A DNA stretch of 64,000 bases from assembly GCA_030704615.1 (NCBI GenBank), contig CM060733.1, positions 25,048,001-25,112,000 on the forward strand, read 5' to 3'. A program made the position numbers and the translations under genes. This DNA is from Takakia lepidozioides. Lineage: Eukaryota > Plantae > Bryophyta. Positions 23,716 through 38,140 of this stretch are shown here, in pieces. Every line of letters begins with the position of its first letter. Position 1 is the stretch's first letter. The notes under the pieces were generated by a model. That model was not told where the DNA came from, searched no databases, and worked only from the letters and a program-made list of their open reading frames with translations.

Positions 23716-24696
23716 CCACTGTTGGAGCTGATGAAGGTGGCGGGTAGTGGTGGCAGCTTGTCGCTGTGAGACCCATGTTGCGCTGGTTTAGGTTTAACTT
23801 GGGTTGGTGCAACATCTGTTTGGGTTACCTTTCTACTGTCTGTAGGGAGTTGTTACTATGTACTTATATAGATGATGGCCTGGCCTATCTAGCCAGTCAG
23901 CAAGTAATGGCAGGTTGAATGATATGAGCTAAACACGACAGTTTTCTCATGAACAACAGCATTTATAATTTGGGATCTTTTTGGCAAATGGAATTACTGT
24001 TCATGTTGGAGTATAATAAATTTAAAAACAATGTGAAGCATGCTGATGTTCATGTTCGGTTTGTCAATGTGTGCAGGTTCTTATATGCTCTCAGTTCAGA
24101 GATCTCAGTTTTGAATTTTCAATTCTCAGATCCAGTTCTCAGTTTTCAGCTTTCGGCTTCTACTTGGTCCTTGTAAGCTACAGTCTCAGAGTGTCATTAA
24201 GAGAGATTATTGAGTCACTTATAAAGTGCTTGCAATCCATTTTCCCACTTTTCCCAAAGTGGCTTCTGGTAGTGGTTATTGACAGCTCTTGCGCTCACCC
24301 ACGCACACTCTGACAGACGAGTGGCTACAATATTTAGAAGAAACCAGGAACAGAAAGTTCTTGTTGCATTCTTTCAATATCCCTAAACAGGCTACCCCTT
24401 TCTCATCTTTTTGACCCATGCAGTCCAAATTCATCTCATCGCAGACAAGGCCCCCTTAATCTGCATTAACTAACTATATATACATGAATTGGTTGATGGT
24501 TCTCTTAAAACAGTATCAGTGGCTTCCAGGTGTATGTCAAACTATGATAAAAGTGGGATATGTATTACTATCGCCAGAATTAGAATTAGACAAGAGTGAC
24601 CACTTGCAGGACCAGCATGCACCACATGCAACTTGTTCTTTCTTCTTCTCTTCCGTGCCCAATGTTGCCTGCAAGGTGGTTTGCTAGTTACTAGGA

Positions 24697-27600
24697 ATGG
24701 CAAGCACTTCAACCGGCATGCGAAAGGCGCTTGGTGTAATCAAGGACTCCACCACGGTTGGACTAGCCAACCTCAACAGTGAATATAAGGTACATGCTGA
24801 GTTGTCAGAGTGTAGGTCCACAGAGTGTACCCCTCGTCCAAGCCTTTGGAATCGTGACATGCTCCTAGTACTACGTGAAATTCCTGTCTCTTGCTTTCCT
24901 CAGGATCTTCTTTAAAGGTGCCTTGTTTGAGGCACATGGGAAAATTTCGGGTCACTATGTCAACCTAGGGGAATATTGGAAGCAGGCATTTGGATTGTTC
25001 CTTGGTAGCACAGCTTTCATTGCTTAGAAAACTAAGGCACTCTGGCCGGTACGGCATGATATAGTGCCCTGTTGATCTAGAAAAGGTAAAGCTATGTTCA
25101 TGAGGCTGCTGGTAAAGTCAAGGGTAAGGTCTAAGATTTCTGTTCTAATTGAAGAATTCTGTTACCTCAACAGTTGCTAGCTGATCATACAAGCTTTACA
25201 GGTTGCAAACTAATGCCTATGAGCAGGGCAACCAGGAAAGTGCAGTGCTAGTGATCATATTTTGCAGTCACTCATCTGGTCAACACTAGGGCACAGCTTT
25301 GATTACTTAGCAGCATCAATAAGGCACTCTGCCCACTTGCCACAATCCGATGATGATGCGGCAAGGTCTCTCATGTATATTGGTTTAGAAGAGGTCAATC
25401 TGTTGGCACAGTCTATGGTAGAAAACGTCTCAGATCTCTATTCTATGAATGCTATCAATTAATGATCACAAAGCTGATCATTCAAACTCTGAGGTCTACC
25501 TGTATATTGCAGCACTAGTGATTCAATCTTGCAGAGTATCTGTTCCGAAATAGGACAGCTATATACTTTGCGGTTTAAAATGAGTTATTGACTTGGGAGA
25601 TCTTGACAGGACCTTGACATTGCAGTGGTGAAAGCTACAAACCATGTGGAATGCCCTCCAAAGGAGAAGCATGTGCGAAGTAAGTTGTAGCTCCCATCTG
25701 GGTTTGTGAATGGTCATCAGTTTATCCCTTTCTCCAGCTGGAGTAGTCAGAAATTTCTAACTTTATCGCTTGTGGTGACTTGTGCATGGGTATTTAAGGT
25801 TGGGTGATGGGTGTGACAGCTATCTTTTCAGCTACATCAGCATCAAGGCCACGTGCGGATGTCACATATTGCGTACATGCACTCGCTAGGAGGATTGCAA
25901 AGACCCATAATTGGACGGTAAGCACCAGGAACCTGTTGTACATGTGGGTGTAGCTTCTGGTTTCTGTTCCATACTTTGCTAAGTATGTGTATTGCTCTGA
26001 GTAAGGGGGGGAATAAGTAGAGTCTGGGGTATTTGAAATCCTGTGTTCTGTATGTACCAGGTTGCATTAAAGTCAATGGTGGTAATACATCGCATACTAA
26101 GAGAAGGAGATCCCACATTCCGAGACGAGCTCCTCAATTTTGCACGCAACAGGGGCCACATCCTTAATCTTTCGAACTTCAAAGATGACTCAAGTCCAAG
26201 TGGTAAACACTCTGGAGATTTCTTGGTGCTTATCTGTACACCAAATGGTTTAGTTTTATTGGAGACTTGCCTTTTGACCATGTATCTGAAACCTGGCCAA
26301 ACTTTTCTGATCTCCTAAATGAGGCTACTTCTTACAAATCTGCAATGATATACTTCCTAGTGGAGAAGTTCTCTCTGAGCGATTCTAGCTAGTAGCCGAT
26401 CACATGGCTCTGTCGCATAACTTCCTTGGGATCTATTGTCTATCCAAAGGTGGGGCTTTGCTGTGTATGTGGGGGTCCTTGTGTAGTGAAGGATTGAAGG
26501 CACCAGGGATCTTGCTGACACCAATGCAGAGAAACATGGTTTAGTTTGACCAAATGGAAAGTTGACCACTGTGGCCTGTGTTCCAGGGTCTAGTCTCATG
26601 CAAAGGGGTATGTGGTATTTTGGCTGCATGTAGCCTGGGATTACTCTGCGTGGGTGCGGACGTATGCACTGTTTTTGGAAGAGAGGCTGGAATGCTTTCA
26701 GGTGTTGAAGTATGATGTTGAGTCAGAGCGTACAACGGTGAGGCTATTATGTTTATCAGGAACAGATAATCCAACCTCTTAAAAGTCGTGAACTGTTTCA
26801 GATACCCAAAGCCTAGATTGCAGGAAGCTCTTGACAGAAGTGTATTTGTTCAGGTGCTAAAGTCTTGTTGAGGAGCTCAAGTGTTCCCAAAGCATGCAAC
26901 CAGCTATACGCCCATTGACTTGAGAGGGTAGTAGCTATGGCTGGCAGGGGCATAGTAGGATGAGGGAGCTGGACACACTGGAGTTGTTGGAGCATATGCC
27001 TGCCTTGCAACAACTCTTACACCGTCTCATGAGCTGCCAGGTAAACTGCCATCAACCTCATTTTAGCACTTTGGAAAGAGTTGGTATTTTGTGTGTTGCA
27101 CAGGGAAATTGCAATCGTGTAGTGTATATTGATGTTGTGGGAAATCCGGACAATTCTGTGTAGCTAGACTGTTAAGCTTGGTAGGGATCTTGTAGAGATA
27201 AAGGCTGGATGAGAGTATATTCCTGTCCTGCCTGGTCAAAGGAAGAGTTGACCAACTTGTCACAAGTGTGAGCATATAAGTCAAGTGCGTGACCGACGTT
27301 GTCTTTAAACTGCAGCCTGAAGGAGCATCTAAGAGCAATTATGTCATTCAGGCTGCGTTGGGTTTGGTAAGTATGTTCTGCTGAGAACTCTTTGCAGAGA
27401 ATCTTTGCCCTGCATACCTTAGTGTATGCATTATAATAAGTTGTGTCATGCTGTTTTTCAGCCTCTCTTTGTCAACTGCAGAACCTTCTGAAGTTTCTTT
27501 CATGCTTGTGGTTGAAACCAAGACATTTTATCTACAGGTGTTAAAGGAGAGCTTCAAGCTGTATCGGGCAATCAATGATGGCATCATCAACTTGGTGGAC

Positions 27601-30600
27601 AAGGTGGGAATGGTATTAGGCAAAGATTTTTTTTTTGGTTCAAACTTTGCTTCTTTCATGGAGCAGAAGGTAGCCTATCATCGTCTGTGTCGGACAGGAC
27701 TTCCTTGCGCAACTACTAAATTGATGGGGTCATGCATGCAGTTTTTTGAAATGCATCGACATGATGCGATAAAGGCACTGGATATTTACAGGCGAGCTGG
27801 GCAACAGGTACTAGTTATGCCATACTAGCAAGAATCATGTTAAATCTTGCATCATATCCATTTTGTTTTTGGCGGTGTACAAGCACTTGCCTGCTACTTC
27901 TTCTGGGGGCTGGGGACAAATCAATCACCAGCCTACAAGTAGTTCTTCCAGAAGTCATTTGGTGAGCGATTACAGATGCAACGACATTAGCCATATTAAG
28001 AAATGACCTGTTTGCAAAGACCTTCAAAGGAATGTATTTCAGCATTTCCCATGGGAAGTAGCTAGCAAGCTGTGGCTTCTGTTTGTTTTGGGATAATTTT
28101 GGAATTGGTGCAACTTGGCAATAACTCCAACTACAAAGTCCACATTTGCTCATGCACAGTCGTAGAACAGAACAGCAGCTTTGTATTCTGGTGGGTTGTC
28201 TGTACGGAAAAGTTTCCTTGTGAAACATTTTTGTTGTAATGGCAGGCTGAAAGACTGTCAGAGTTTTATGAGATGTGCAAGGGGCTAGACCTTGCCCGCA
28301 ACTTCCAGTTTCCTGCTCTGGAGCAGGTCTGTAGCGAATGCTGCTTTTGACAGAAGTTAGTAGGCTGCCTGGGCAGAAACATAGGAACAAGCATAAGGCT
28401 TCCTGCAGTGGCATCTCAAAAACCTGCAGGGATGTGTGAAGGTACATGATGTCAGAGTATTCACTGGCTGGGTTTGCAGGAAAGGGCATGATGGTTTTGA
28501 ATGTGTAGTGTCAACCAGTGATTACCTATGCAGGGCACTTACAAAGTGTCTTGTTCTTCCGTTGTCTTTCCTGGAAAATGCAGCCCCCTCAGTCGTTCCT
28601 CTCTACCATGGAAGAGTATGTGAGAGAAGCTCCTCGTTTGACACCAGTATTCAAGGAAATCGGGGTAAGAGATCTAGCAGCAATATCAGAACACCCAAAA
28701 TTTTCATGAAAGTTGGTGATTGGGATCAAAAGTACAGATTGGGAATGTCTTACATTTGTTATGATAGTTCCAGCATAAGTTGATCCGGTTGGAAATTTTG
28801 AATGATAACCTGGCGCAGTATGAGTACGAGGATCAGGGCCCACTTCGGATCCGATCAGGGACTTCACCAGATTACAGGGAGGCAGCTGAGTATCAGGATG
28901 CATCAGCCCGTGCAGAGCCTCTGCCTAAAGAGGTTTTCCTCTCAACTGCAGCATATGGAGCCGGTGACCTTTTGGTGGGTGCTCTGTAGCCAAATTAGCA
29001 CACCTAGCTGCTTTAAGTGGGGCTGGGGCTTCAGGACATAAGATGCTCATTTCCCGCTTCCTCTACTGACTGGTTAGATTTTATCATGGTAAGTGAGGAC
29101 CAGTCTTTTTTGGCATTGAATATCCCTCAGAGCATGGCCTTGTAGTTTGTGACGACTGAAGGTCCAATCAAAAGGAACATTGCTCTGAGAAGTCGTCACT
29201 AGTAGTGTGGAGCTACGCGTAACCCTAGCCTGTATGTAATGAGTGAGACAACCAACATTTAGCCCGGTGGTAAGGGCATATGCAACCTCAAAAGTGGTTG
29301 TGGGTTCAAACAACAGGTTGGATGTCATAAGGTGTCCACCTTCCCACCTGAGGGCAGTAGCCCTTCGGGGTCAACTGACACCATAAGTTACATTTGCTTT
29401 GGCAACCCGTTCACAGTGGTTTTTGTAACGAGTAATGACTCTGGGTAGTCTCCGGTTGTTGCTTTCACAAAACTACTACGATCTTTCTTGTGAGGGTTTC
29501 AGGGCATGGATGACGTTATACCAGATGCTTCAGCATTGGAGGAAAGCAATGCCTTGGCTCTGGCTATTGTTCCCCAGAGTGAGCTTGCCTAACTTCCTTA
29601 CAGAGGCTTGGCTGCTTCCTGAGTTTGTCTTGTAGTTAGGTGACAAAAAGTAATACAGTATCTGGCATCAAGGATAGGTTTGACCATGAGTTGGAGGACT
29701 TTTCTTGCTGCAAGCATTGGGCTGTCTGTAGCAGCTATGTTTGTTCAGTGGAGGCCACAGGATAACAATCTTTTGAACAGGCACTTCCAGCACAAGTGGA
29801 ACAGGATTGGCGTATGATCCAAATGGTGGCATGAATCTATCAGCTGGGGTTACTGGTTGGGAGCTTGCTTTGGTCACAAATCCCAGTAGTGATGGGGGTG
29901 CTGCCAACAACAGCAAATTGGTAAAGCTCTCTCCCTCTCCCTCTCCCTCTCTCTCTCTATCTCTCTCTGTGGGCGGGAAGCCTACCTTGAACAAAAAACA
30001 GATGCAGAGAGGAGAAGGAGATTGTAATTGCTCAGTGTGCGGGCAGCCTGAAGACAGTATCCATTTTCTGATGCATTGTCCAGGATATTCTGACCAGAGA
30101 GTGACTTTCTTCAAGAACATCAAGAACATTGTCCCTGCACCTCTGTTCACCAACTTTGAACATCTTGAGGCTGAGGCTAAACCCATGGCCGTGTTGGGGT
30201 CTAATTGCTGGGCAGATGACACATCAAGTTGATGCTTCTGTGAAGGGCTTTCTAGAGGATATCTGGACTAATTGTCTATATTAGTTCAGATAGCCTACCT
30301 TTGACCAAATTGTCTATACCAAGGTAAGCCCCAATACCGGAGTGAGCCCCTCACAACAGTAAGGTCTGTTCCCTTTAGTTCCGCCCAAACTGGGCGTGGG
30401 CGTGGGGTCTATGGTGCTACAGTACAACATTCCATTTGATGAGCTGAAAAGCAAAATTGATTCCTATGATACTAATGACACCTCTCAGTGTAGCTTCTTA
30501 CTGGTGATAGTAAAACAATCAATCATAATTCTTCCTATTGGCAACCAAACCCTCCCTTACTCTGACTGAAGCAAGGCATTTCCACTCAGACAACCCAGCA

Positions 30601-32342
30601 ACCATAGAAGTCGCTACTGAACCCTTAGTATTCCCTTACAGCGTGTACTTGCTGACCATTTTTCGGCCTGTACAAAGCTGTAAGGCTAACCAGCACTTTT
30701 TATCATTACCACCCTGGTGGTTCAAGTTGATGTCACAGTACAACTTGTCCCAGTAATGTCCCATTTTTTTCTGAGCTTTTACTAGCTGATTTACATCTTT
30801 TCGCAGCTGGTAATATGTAGACCACAGCTCCCTGTCATCTTTGATATTACAGCAGTCCCACCTTTGGATCTGAAACTTGATCTCATTGGTCCACCAATTT
30901 ACTGCTCTTCTGTATACACTCAGTTTCCTTCCAATGATCTTTTCAGCCACAGAAGTGATGGAACTCTCCCAAGAGTCCACCGCTCTTTCAACATCACTTG
31001 CATATTGTTTCTCATCTAGGTTGCTTTTGAATTCTCCTAGACTTTCTGGATTAATGTGTCAGCTTCTTTGAGTGCAGGCTTTGATCGCCTTGTGTAAACT
31101 TTGAGGATTGGCATGCCATTAAGCATGCCACATGCTTCATTCACAGCTTGATCAGTCACTGCACGCAAAGGCAGGTCTGACTGACATGGTCTTCTTGCAC
31201 AGACCTTTGGGGCGTGGCTTACCTCTAGGTTGACCATATCCCTAGTAGTCCATTCTGGGTCAACCTCATGCAGTTTAAAATCCCCATCCTTGACTATCTT
31301 ACCTGAGCCCCTCATTGAATCACCAATGTCTAAGATATCTCTCCAACCAGTCAAGGGTCGAACTTCTCTGAGTCTAGTTTGCTTAGGACTCTACCTGTCA
31401 ATGTTGAGAGGCATGGACTGATGTACTCATGCCGTTCCTGCAAACGTTGGCTTGTCATAGCCTTATGGCCATTGACCCTGCAGGAACTAAACCTCCCGAA
31501 GCCATTTGTGGGATTGGCACCCACGAGGGTTTAGCTTATCCCCGCAACTCAGCTGCAGATACATAAACTTGTTTTCCCGAAAGTGCCATTAAGGTGCTCA
31601 CAGAGGACTTGTCTGCACGCAGACCCAACAGCTTGGTTGCAGAATTATTGAGTTTGGTTTTATAGCCCTGTACATTCTCTCTCTCTCTCTCTCTCTCTCT
31701 TTCCATGATGGGCACATGCCTTTCAATGTCTGCATGTTAATAAGAAGAGGATCTTTTCTGGGGATACTAACATCCAGGAAGGATGATGAGGTGTGGAAGA
31801 ATGTATGGCGATGTTCCATATGTTCAGATTATATGTAAATCTCCAGATGTGCTGTATGATGGACTTAATCGTAGGTTTTGTGCATGCAGGCAGGTGGACT
31901 TGATAAGCTTACACTGGACAGCTTGTATGAAGATGCCTTGCACAGGCGCGGGCCCTATGGGACAGCTCCAAACAGCTACAACCCTGGCACTGTGGGGGCC
32001 AACCCTTTTGAAACTGGTCCGGGGATGTCATCTAATCAACAGATGGATCCATTCATGGCCTCAGGCCAATTTGCACCCCCACCCAACGTGCAGATGGCTG
32101 CTATGCAGCAACAGCAAGCCATGCTGATGCTGCAGCAGCAGCAGCAGATAATGGGCGTGCACCCTGCTGGAACTAATCCTTTTGGCAATCCATATGCAGC
32201 AGCTCCCAACCCACAATACCCTTATCTGACTGCTCCACAGCAGGTGGCTCCTGTGATGCATCCTCTCCCAAGCCAGTTGACTTTGCCACTTCCTCCTGGT
32301 CAATATCAACACAATCCGTTTGGTAATCCCGGGTTGCTTTGA
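24697..32342 (+). CDS. ANTH-domain clathrin assembly protein (AP180/PICALM family), 15 coding exons, 589 aa
   Basis: Exons 24697-24789, 25610-25679, 25820-25917, 26061-26202, 26634-26737, 26948-27040, 27316-27366, 27538-27603, 27742-27807, 28246-28326, 28584-28664, 28819-28974, 29503-29578, 29781-29920, 31890-32342 are all GT-AG and join in frame. Motifs [57 protein letters not shown] and NPF repeats. Confidence 0.96.
29970..30430 (+). mobile_element. LINE 3' end (ORF2 C-terminal CCHC knuckle plus 3' UTR) in ANTH intron 14
   Basis: [24 protein letters not shown]; the 3' UTR (gagcccctcac...cccaaactgggcgtgg...ggtctatgg) is shared with 60938-61051. Confidence 0.8.
30560..31100 (-). mobile_element. 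LINE ORF2 linker fragment (between endonuclease and RT)
   Basis: [16 protein letters not shown]...VNWWTNEIK...[17 protein letters not shown] pattern. Confidence 0.6.
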
Positions 32343-33024
32343 TGTATCATCTGTGCAATGCACCATAAATCTCTTGGAACCATCCACTGGGGTCCACCTG
32401 TGTCTTGCTGCACTGGAGAGAACTAGACATGTCTTTACTTGTGCAGTGTTGAAATTGCCACATGTTTGTACTAGCTTGAGCCCATTCTGTAATTAATAGC
32501 AATCATGTGGCAACCCCACGATGGTTAAATGAAGGGTTTTCGGGGCAACATGAGTATCGGAGGCGCTATCCAGTTGGGTTCCTGGCTCTTGATATACCCA
32601 CAAGAGTTGTAATCGAATGCAGGGTTTCAACATTGGCATTGTGAGGCCAAGCAGATAATGCTTGCTATATCCAGTCTGGTTTAGTTTAGTCTAGACAATG
32701 GACTGCTCTTGGTCGAAGTTGCCAGTGGCTTCTGAGTTCTTCTGCAACTGGTTGTCTCTGGCAGCTTTCCAATGTGCCAGATGATTGCCTTCACACTATT
32801 TTTCCCAGTAATCACATGATTGTAAATAAGCTCGCACCTTCCGAAGATAAATTAGCTTGATTGTGCGGAAATGGTTATCCCTGTCCAACATTGTTGCACA
32901 TCTGCTTGTCTTCTTCCTTAGGAGCACAGACTGCTTGTCTGATCTCTTGACAGAGGCATATTAAGTAATGAACTCACTTTTTCAGCAGCAAGCGTCTAGC
33001 AGCAACCACACCCACTCAAGAACA

Positions 33025-33710
33025 GAAATGAAATGAAATGGTACTTTACAATGTCCGCGGAAAGCTCATAGAGCTTATGGGACAAAATGGAAGAAAACAT
33101 GAGAGGAACAAATCCAGAAACCACAATTAATGTTCCAGCGATTGTCTAAGGGTGAAGGCCTCGTGCAGGTAGGCTGCCAAGCATTTTTGATCCTCATAGT
33201 GAAAGACATCAGTGAGAGTTTGGGTTCCACTGAATAAACAGTGGAATCTCCCACGGATCTCGTAGTACAGAGGGCAGTAGAAGAGGGCAGTAGAAGAAGA
33301 AGTGTTCTTCAGTTTCAATTCCTTGCTGCGCCCTATGCAAGCTGGACATAGGTTGCAGGTTTTCCCATCAACCAGTCTCTATCCGTAGGTTGTGGGAACC
33401 CACCCTGAACCGCCCCAATGCCCTCAGGAGGGAAGGAGATAAGGATGCTGAAAGGTAATTTGGTCTCAAGATTCTATCATCGCGGAGCACCAAGAATGTC
33501 TCTCGATAGAAGTGGAGCTTTGTCGTGAGATTGGGTAGCTTCCAAGTTCTCTTGACATGTAATTCCATAATCTCTCTCCTAATGAGTCTGTTGCGGTCAT
33601 GTCTGGATGTGATGTCCACCTCATCTCGATTCAGTGGTAATAGGAAAGCAGTAGAAAGTCCGTTACGTTGAAATAAACAGAGAAAGGGATTCAGCAAAGC
33701 TTCTAGGAGC
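33025..33710 (-). mobile_element. 5'-truncated LINE (ORF2 C-terminus, microsatellite tail)
   Basis: ALGRFRVGSHNLRIETG and FYCPLYYEIRGRFHCLF; the tail reads (CATTT)n on the minus strand at 33025-33040. Confidence 0.85.
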
Positions 33711-34945
33711 CATGTTGTGCAATACTTACCTTCTCAACCTCCCCCCTCTTACCAAAATGGCTATGGTAGCAGGCTGGGATACAAACAAGCTCAAACGCTC
33801 CAAGAAATGTCATTGCATTGCCGAAGCCAAGAGGCAAAAGAATGGTTCAGTGCGGGATGGAGTGTTCCAAGTTGATAATCGTCTTCCATATCTTCTGGGT
33901 CAAGCAGATTGATGTTTGCTTTTGTGCTTGTAGCCTGATCTGTTCGAGCTGTTGTGAACTGTCTGTCTATTGCTCGGGCAAAGGAAAGGTCTAACGTCCA
34001 GCGATTTACAGAGCAGGGTGATGGTTTTCTAAAAGACAACACTTAAACAGAAGCACTGGAACTTGAAGACGGAAGGATGCACAGGCGGCCCTATCATTGG
34101 GAGCAGGTAGATTGTTCGTTGGTGAAAGCGGGGCTGGCTGCCAGACGCAAGGTCGAGCATGATCTGATGGTGGGTGACAGTCAGACTACGATTCGGATTC
34201 AGGTGTGAACAGTGGAGATCCGTTGAAGTTTCTACTCGAGCCCAGATTCTGGCGGGATGGAAGATTATGGCCGAAGCTAAGAGGGCGGTCAAAGAGGGGC
34301 TATGGAGGAACGAGATTATGACCAACAATCAGCCTGGCTTGAATGGGGGCCTTGTCGTCCATCGCCAGCTCCTTCAGCAACATTTGAAATCCCTGGTCTG
34401 CGTTTTAGATTCTCGTGTGAATGAGGCAGTGAAAGAGGCGAGAGGAAGATGGGGAAAGAATGCGTAAAGCTACAGTAGTACTCGCTACAGAGACGGTGCC
34501 GAACGGGAGCTGGAAAGATCGTATGTGCTGCCTCTTAGTTGCACACTGGCTGAGTAATGACCATTAAACGGCTCCGGCAGGAGTTGTTCTCAGATTCTGC
34601 ACAGTGGTGGGGCAATAGGTTTGTGAAGGTGAGGCTCTCGCTCTGACAGCTTTTGATTAAAGATGGTATAGTCGCGATGTGTGAACTGAATTGCAACCTC
34701 GTTTTCTTTCTTTTTACGGCGAGATTGACCTGGTTGTGTCCTGTAATTGGAAAGATTATTTTGAGAGCTGTGAGGGTTCTTGAGGGTTGAGCATTGTTGG
34801 ATTCTTTTGGGGCTTTGGTCTACAACTAGCTCAAGGTAGTTGGTTTGCCTGACATTATGGCTGCTCACTTGCACAATGGCGGTTGTCACAGAAGAATCCA
34901 ACATACTGAGATTCCAAGTTTGAGTGTTTGAAGGAGGTCATATGG

Positions 34946-37505
34946 ATGGAGAGCGGCCCAAATCCTCATTGGTGGATATCAGCGCTAACCAGTGTGACAC
35001 AACCTGGACCACAATCTGGTGACGAGTATATGTTCACTATGCATCATGGACCTCCTGAAGAACTACACAACAGGTATTAGTTTGTGGATGATGACTTCAA
35101 CCTTGCATCTTCAGTTGCATTATATAGCAGTGGTGTTCTAACCCTGTCAAAATTCTGAAAAACCTGTTCTCATTAGGACATGTTTCTTTGAAGTATCTGT
35201 AAGCCATGACAAATTTTGAATCAGTTCAAAATTTGTAACTAGGGGTTTTGAGTCGTGCAGGTCAGCAGGGTTGCATCAGGGGCAATTGTTTTATGGACAT
35301 CCAACTGGCAGCCCCAGTAGGACCTTTACAATCACCACCAGTGTTAAAGTAGGACCAAGTGAGGGACTTCACAAGGTTACAACTGGGGATGGTGGGGATG
35401 TGATCACACTGTGTGAGAAGGGAAGACTGAAAGAGGCACTGCACATCTTGGATGAACAACGTGTTCAGGCAGACTCCAATATTTATGTCTGTCTCTTGCA
35501 GGGGTGCATCAGCATGAGAGCCCTGGCAGAAGGAAAGCAGGTGCATGCCTACATTATCCGAAGTCAATTGAAGCCAAGCATAATTGTATTCAACACTCTT
35601 GTCGACATGTATTGGAAATGTGGGAGTATAAGGGATGCGTGTCAAGTGTTCGACAAAATGGCCGAAAGAAATGTGTTCTCATGGAATGTAATGATTGCAG
35701 GTCATGTGAAGTATGGGCAAGCCAAGGAGGCTTTTAAAATATATGAGCAAATGCGACGAGAAGGGGTGACGCCCAACCGGATCACTTTCATTTGCATTCT
35801 GAAAGCTTGTGCCAGCCTGAGAGCCCTGGAAAAGGGAAAGGAGGTCCATGCTAGCATCATAAAATCTGGAATCCCATCACAAGTTAATTTGGAGAATACC
35901 CTTGTTGACATGTATGCCAAATGCGGGAGTGTAATAGATGCATGTGAAGTGTTCAACAGAATGACCAAAAGAGATGTTGTCTCATGGAATGTAATGATTG
36001 CAGGACATGTTCAGCATGGCCTTGGTGAAGAGGCTCTCAAAAACTATGAGAAAATGCAACAGGAGGGGGTGATGCCTGACATGGTCACATTTATTTGTAT
36101 TCTCAATGCAAGTGCCATCCTTGGAGCCCTGGAAAAGGGCAAGCAAGTCCACGCTGATATCATTAAAGCTGGAATTGTGTCAAATATTATTTTGGAGACA
36201 ACCCTGGTTGATATGTATGCCAAATGCGGGAGCGTAAAGGATGCACGTCAAGTGTTTAACAAAATGAGTAAACGAGACGTGATTTCATGGAATGCGATGA
36301 TCACAGGATATTCTCAGCATGGACATGGTGAAGAGGCTCTCAAACTTTTCGAGCAAATGAAGCAGGCAGGGTTGAAGCCCAACAGCATCACGTTCATTTG
36401 TGTCCTCAATGCATGTGCCAGCCTAGGAGCCTTGGAGAAGGGCAAGGGGGTCCATGTTGACATCATCAAGACTGGAATTGCTTCAGATACTATTTTAGAG
36501 ACATCTCTTGTTGACATGTATGGCAAGTGTGGGAGTATAAAGGATGCGCGTCAAATATTTGACCAAATGTTTAAGCGAAATGTAGTCTCCTGGACTGCAA
36601 TGATGGCAGGATATGCTCGGCATGGGTGTGGTAGGGAGGCACTCCAACTATTCGAACAAATGCAAAAGGAAGGTTTTAAGCCTGACAGGGTAACCTTCAT
36701 TTCAGTTATCTCGGCATGCAGCCATGTGGGTCTAGTGGATGAAGGCCTTCGCCACTTCCATTCCATAAGTCAAGATCATGGCCTGGTGCCTACACTAGAG
36801 CATTTTGGCTGCCTAGTGAACCTACTTGGCCGTGCAGGGCGATTGGATGATGCAGAGGATCTCATCAATAAAATGCCATTCAAACCAGATGCTTCGGTCT
36901 GGGGATCTTTGCTTGGTGCCTGCCGAATTCACGGCGATGTAAACATAGCAGAACGTGCCGCAAAATCCATCGTCAAGAGGGATCCTCAGCATGCTGCTGC
37001 CTATGTGCTGCTATCGAACATCTATGCTGCAGCTGGCAGGTGGGATGATAAAGCAAAGGTGAGAAAAATGATGGAGGATAGAGGTGTCAGAAAGGAGCCA
37101 GGACGCAGCTGCATTGAGGTCAACAACCGAGTGCATGCATTTGTCGTTGACGACAAAATACACCCTCAAATTGGGGATATCCATGCTGAGCTACAGAGGT
37201 TGTCTGTTCGGATGAAGGAGGCTGGATATGTGGCTGACACTCGCTTTGTGTTGCATGATGTGGAGGAGGATCAAAAGGAAATTTCTCTGGGCCACCACAG
37301 TGAGAAGCTGGCCATTGCTTTTGGGCTCATCAGCACACCCCCTGGAATGCCTGTTCGGATAGTCAAGAACCTTCGGGTCTGTGGTGACTGCCACACTGCC
37401 ACCAAGTTCATCTCAAATATTGCTGGGCGAGCTGTTGTTTTACGGGATGCACACCGCTTTCATCACTTTACAGATGGGATCTGTTCCTGTGGGGATTTTT
37501 GGTGA
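34946..37505 (+). CDS. PLS-class PPR protein with E and DYW deaminase domains (organellar C-to-U RNA editing factor)
   Basis: 744-codon ORF 35271-37505 with PLS triplets, E domains, PG box PGRSCIEV, HSEKLA, CGDCH and terminal DFW. A probable first exon 34946-35073 splices in frame to 35261; the start is less certain than the body. Confidence 0.96.
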
Positions 37506-38140
37506 AACAAGCAACGTGCATTGTGGAATTGTCCCACTTACATACATGAAGGCAGGCAGTTGAGAATTTTGTCTATCCGAACTCCTGCCACTAAATGCTA
37601 CAGTCAGTTACTCCCTTATGGGCTATTGAACAGCAGCAGTAAACTCAGTCCTCAAAGATTGCTAGGACAACCATGGGTGGAAGTTCTGTAGTAGTTGCTG
37701 AAAGGTTGCACCCAGGGAGGGAACCATGATTGATGTGCGTTCTCAACCAGTTAGGGTGGGTTGTTGGATTGCAACATACTCATTGCAAGCATGCAACCTT
37801 GCTTAGTGGGGTTTACTAACTGCTGAGGGGGTTTGTGTTCAAGTACATATATTTCAATCCAAGCCCAGCATCATACGGCAACCACAAGGTTCATCTTTCA
37901 TGGCTCCCCTCAACTCCTAATGGTGACCTCTCCCATCTACAGGCTTCAGATTCCATCCTGTCAAAAACAGTAGGCTCGCTGCTACCGAGGAGGTTCACAT
38001 CATTACAACTAATGTCTTCCTTCAGGAGCAACAAACAATGCAGTTGCAGATTTACTACGATGTTTTTTCTGGCCTTCCAGAACCCCACCCCCACCCCCCC
38101 CCATTTACAAGGAACTATCAGCATATAATATCTAGACAAA

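Noticed and set aside
27815-28489. 224-aa minus-strand ORF
   Set aside because: Antisense to ANTH introns and exon 10, with no domain features; likely a chance ORF.
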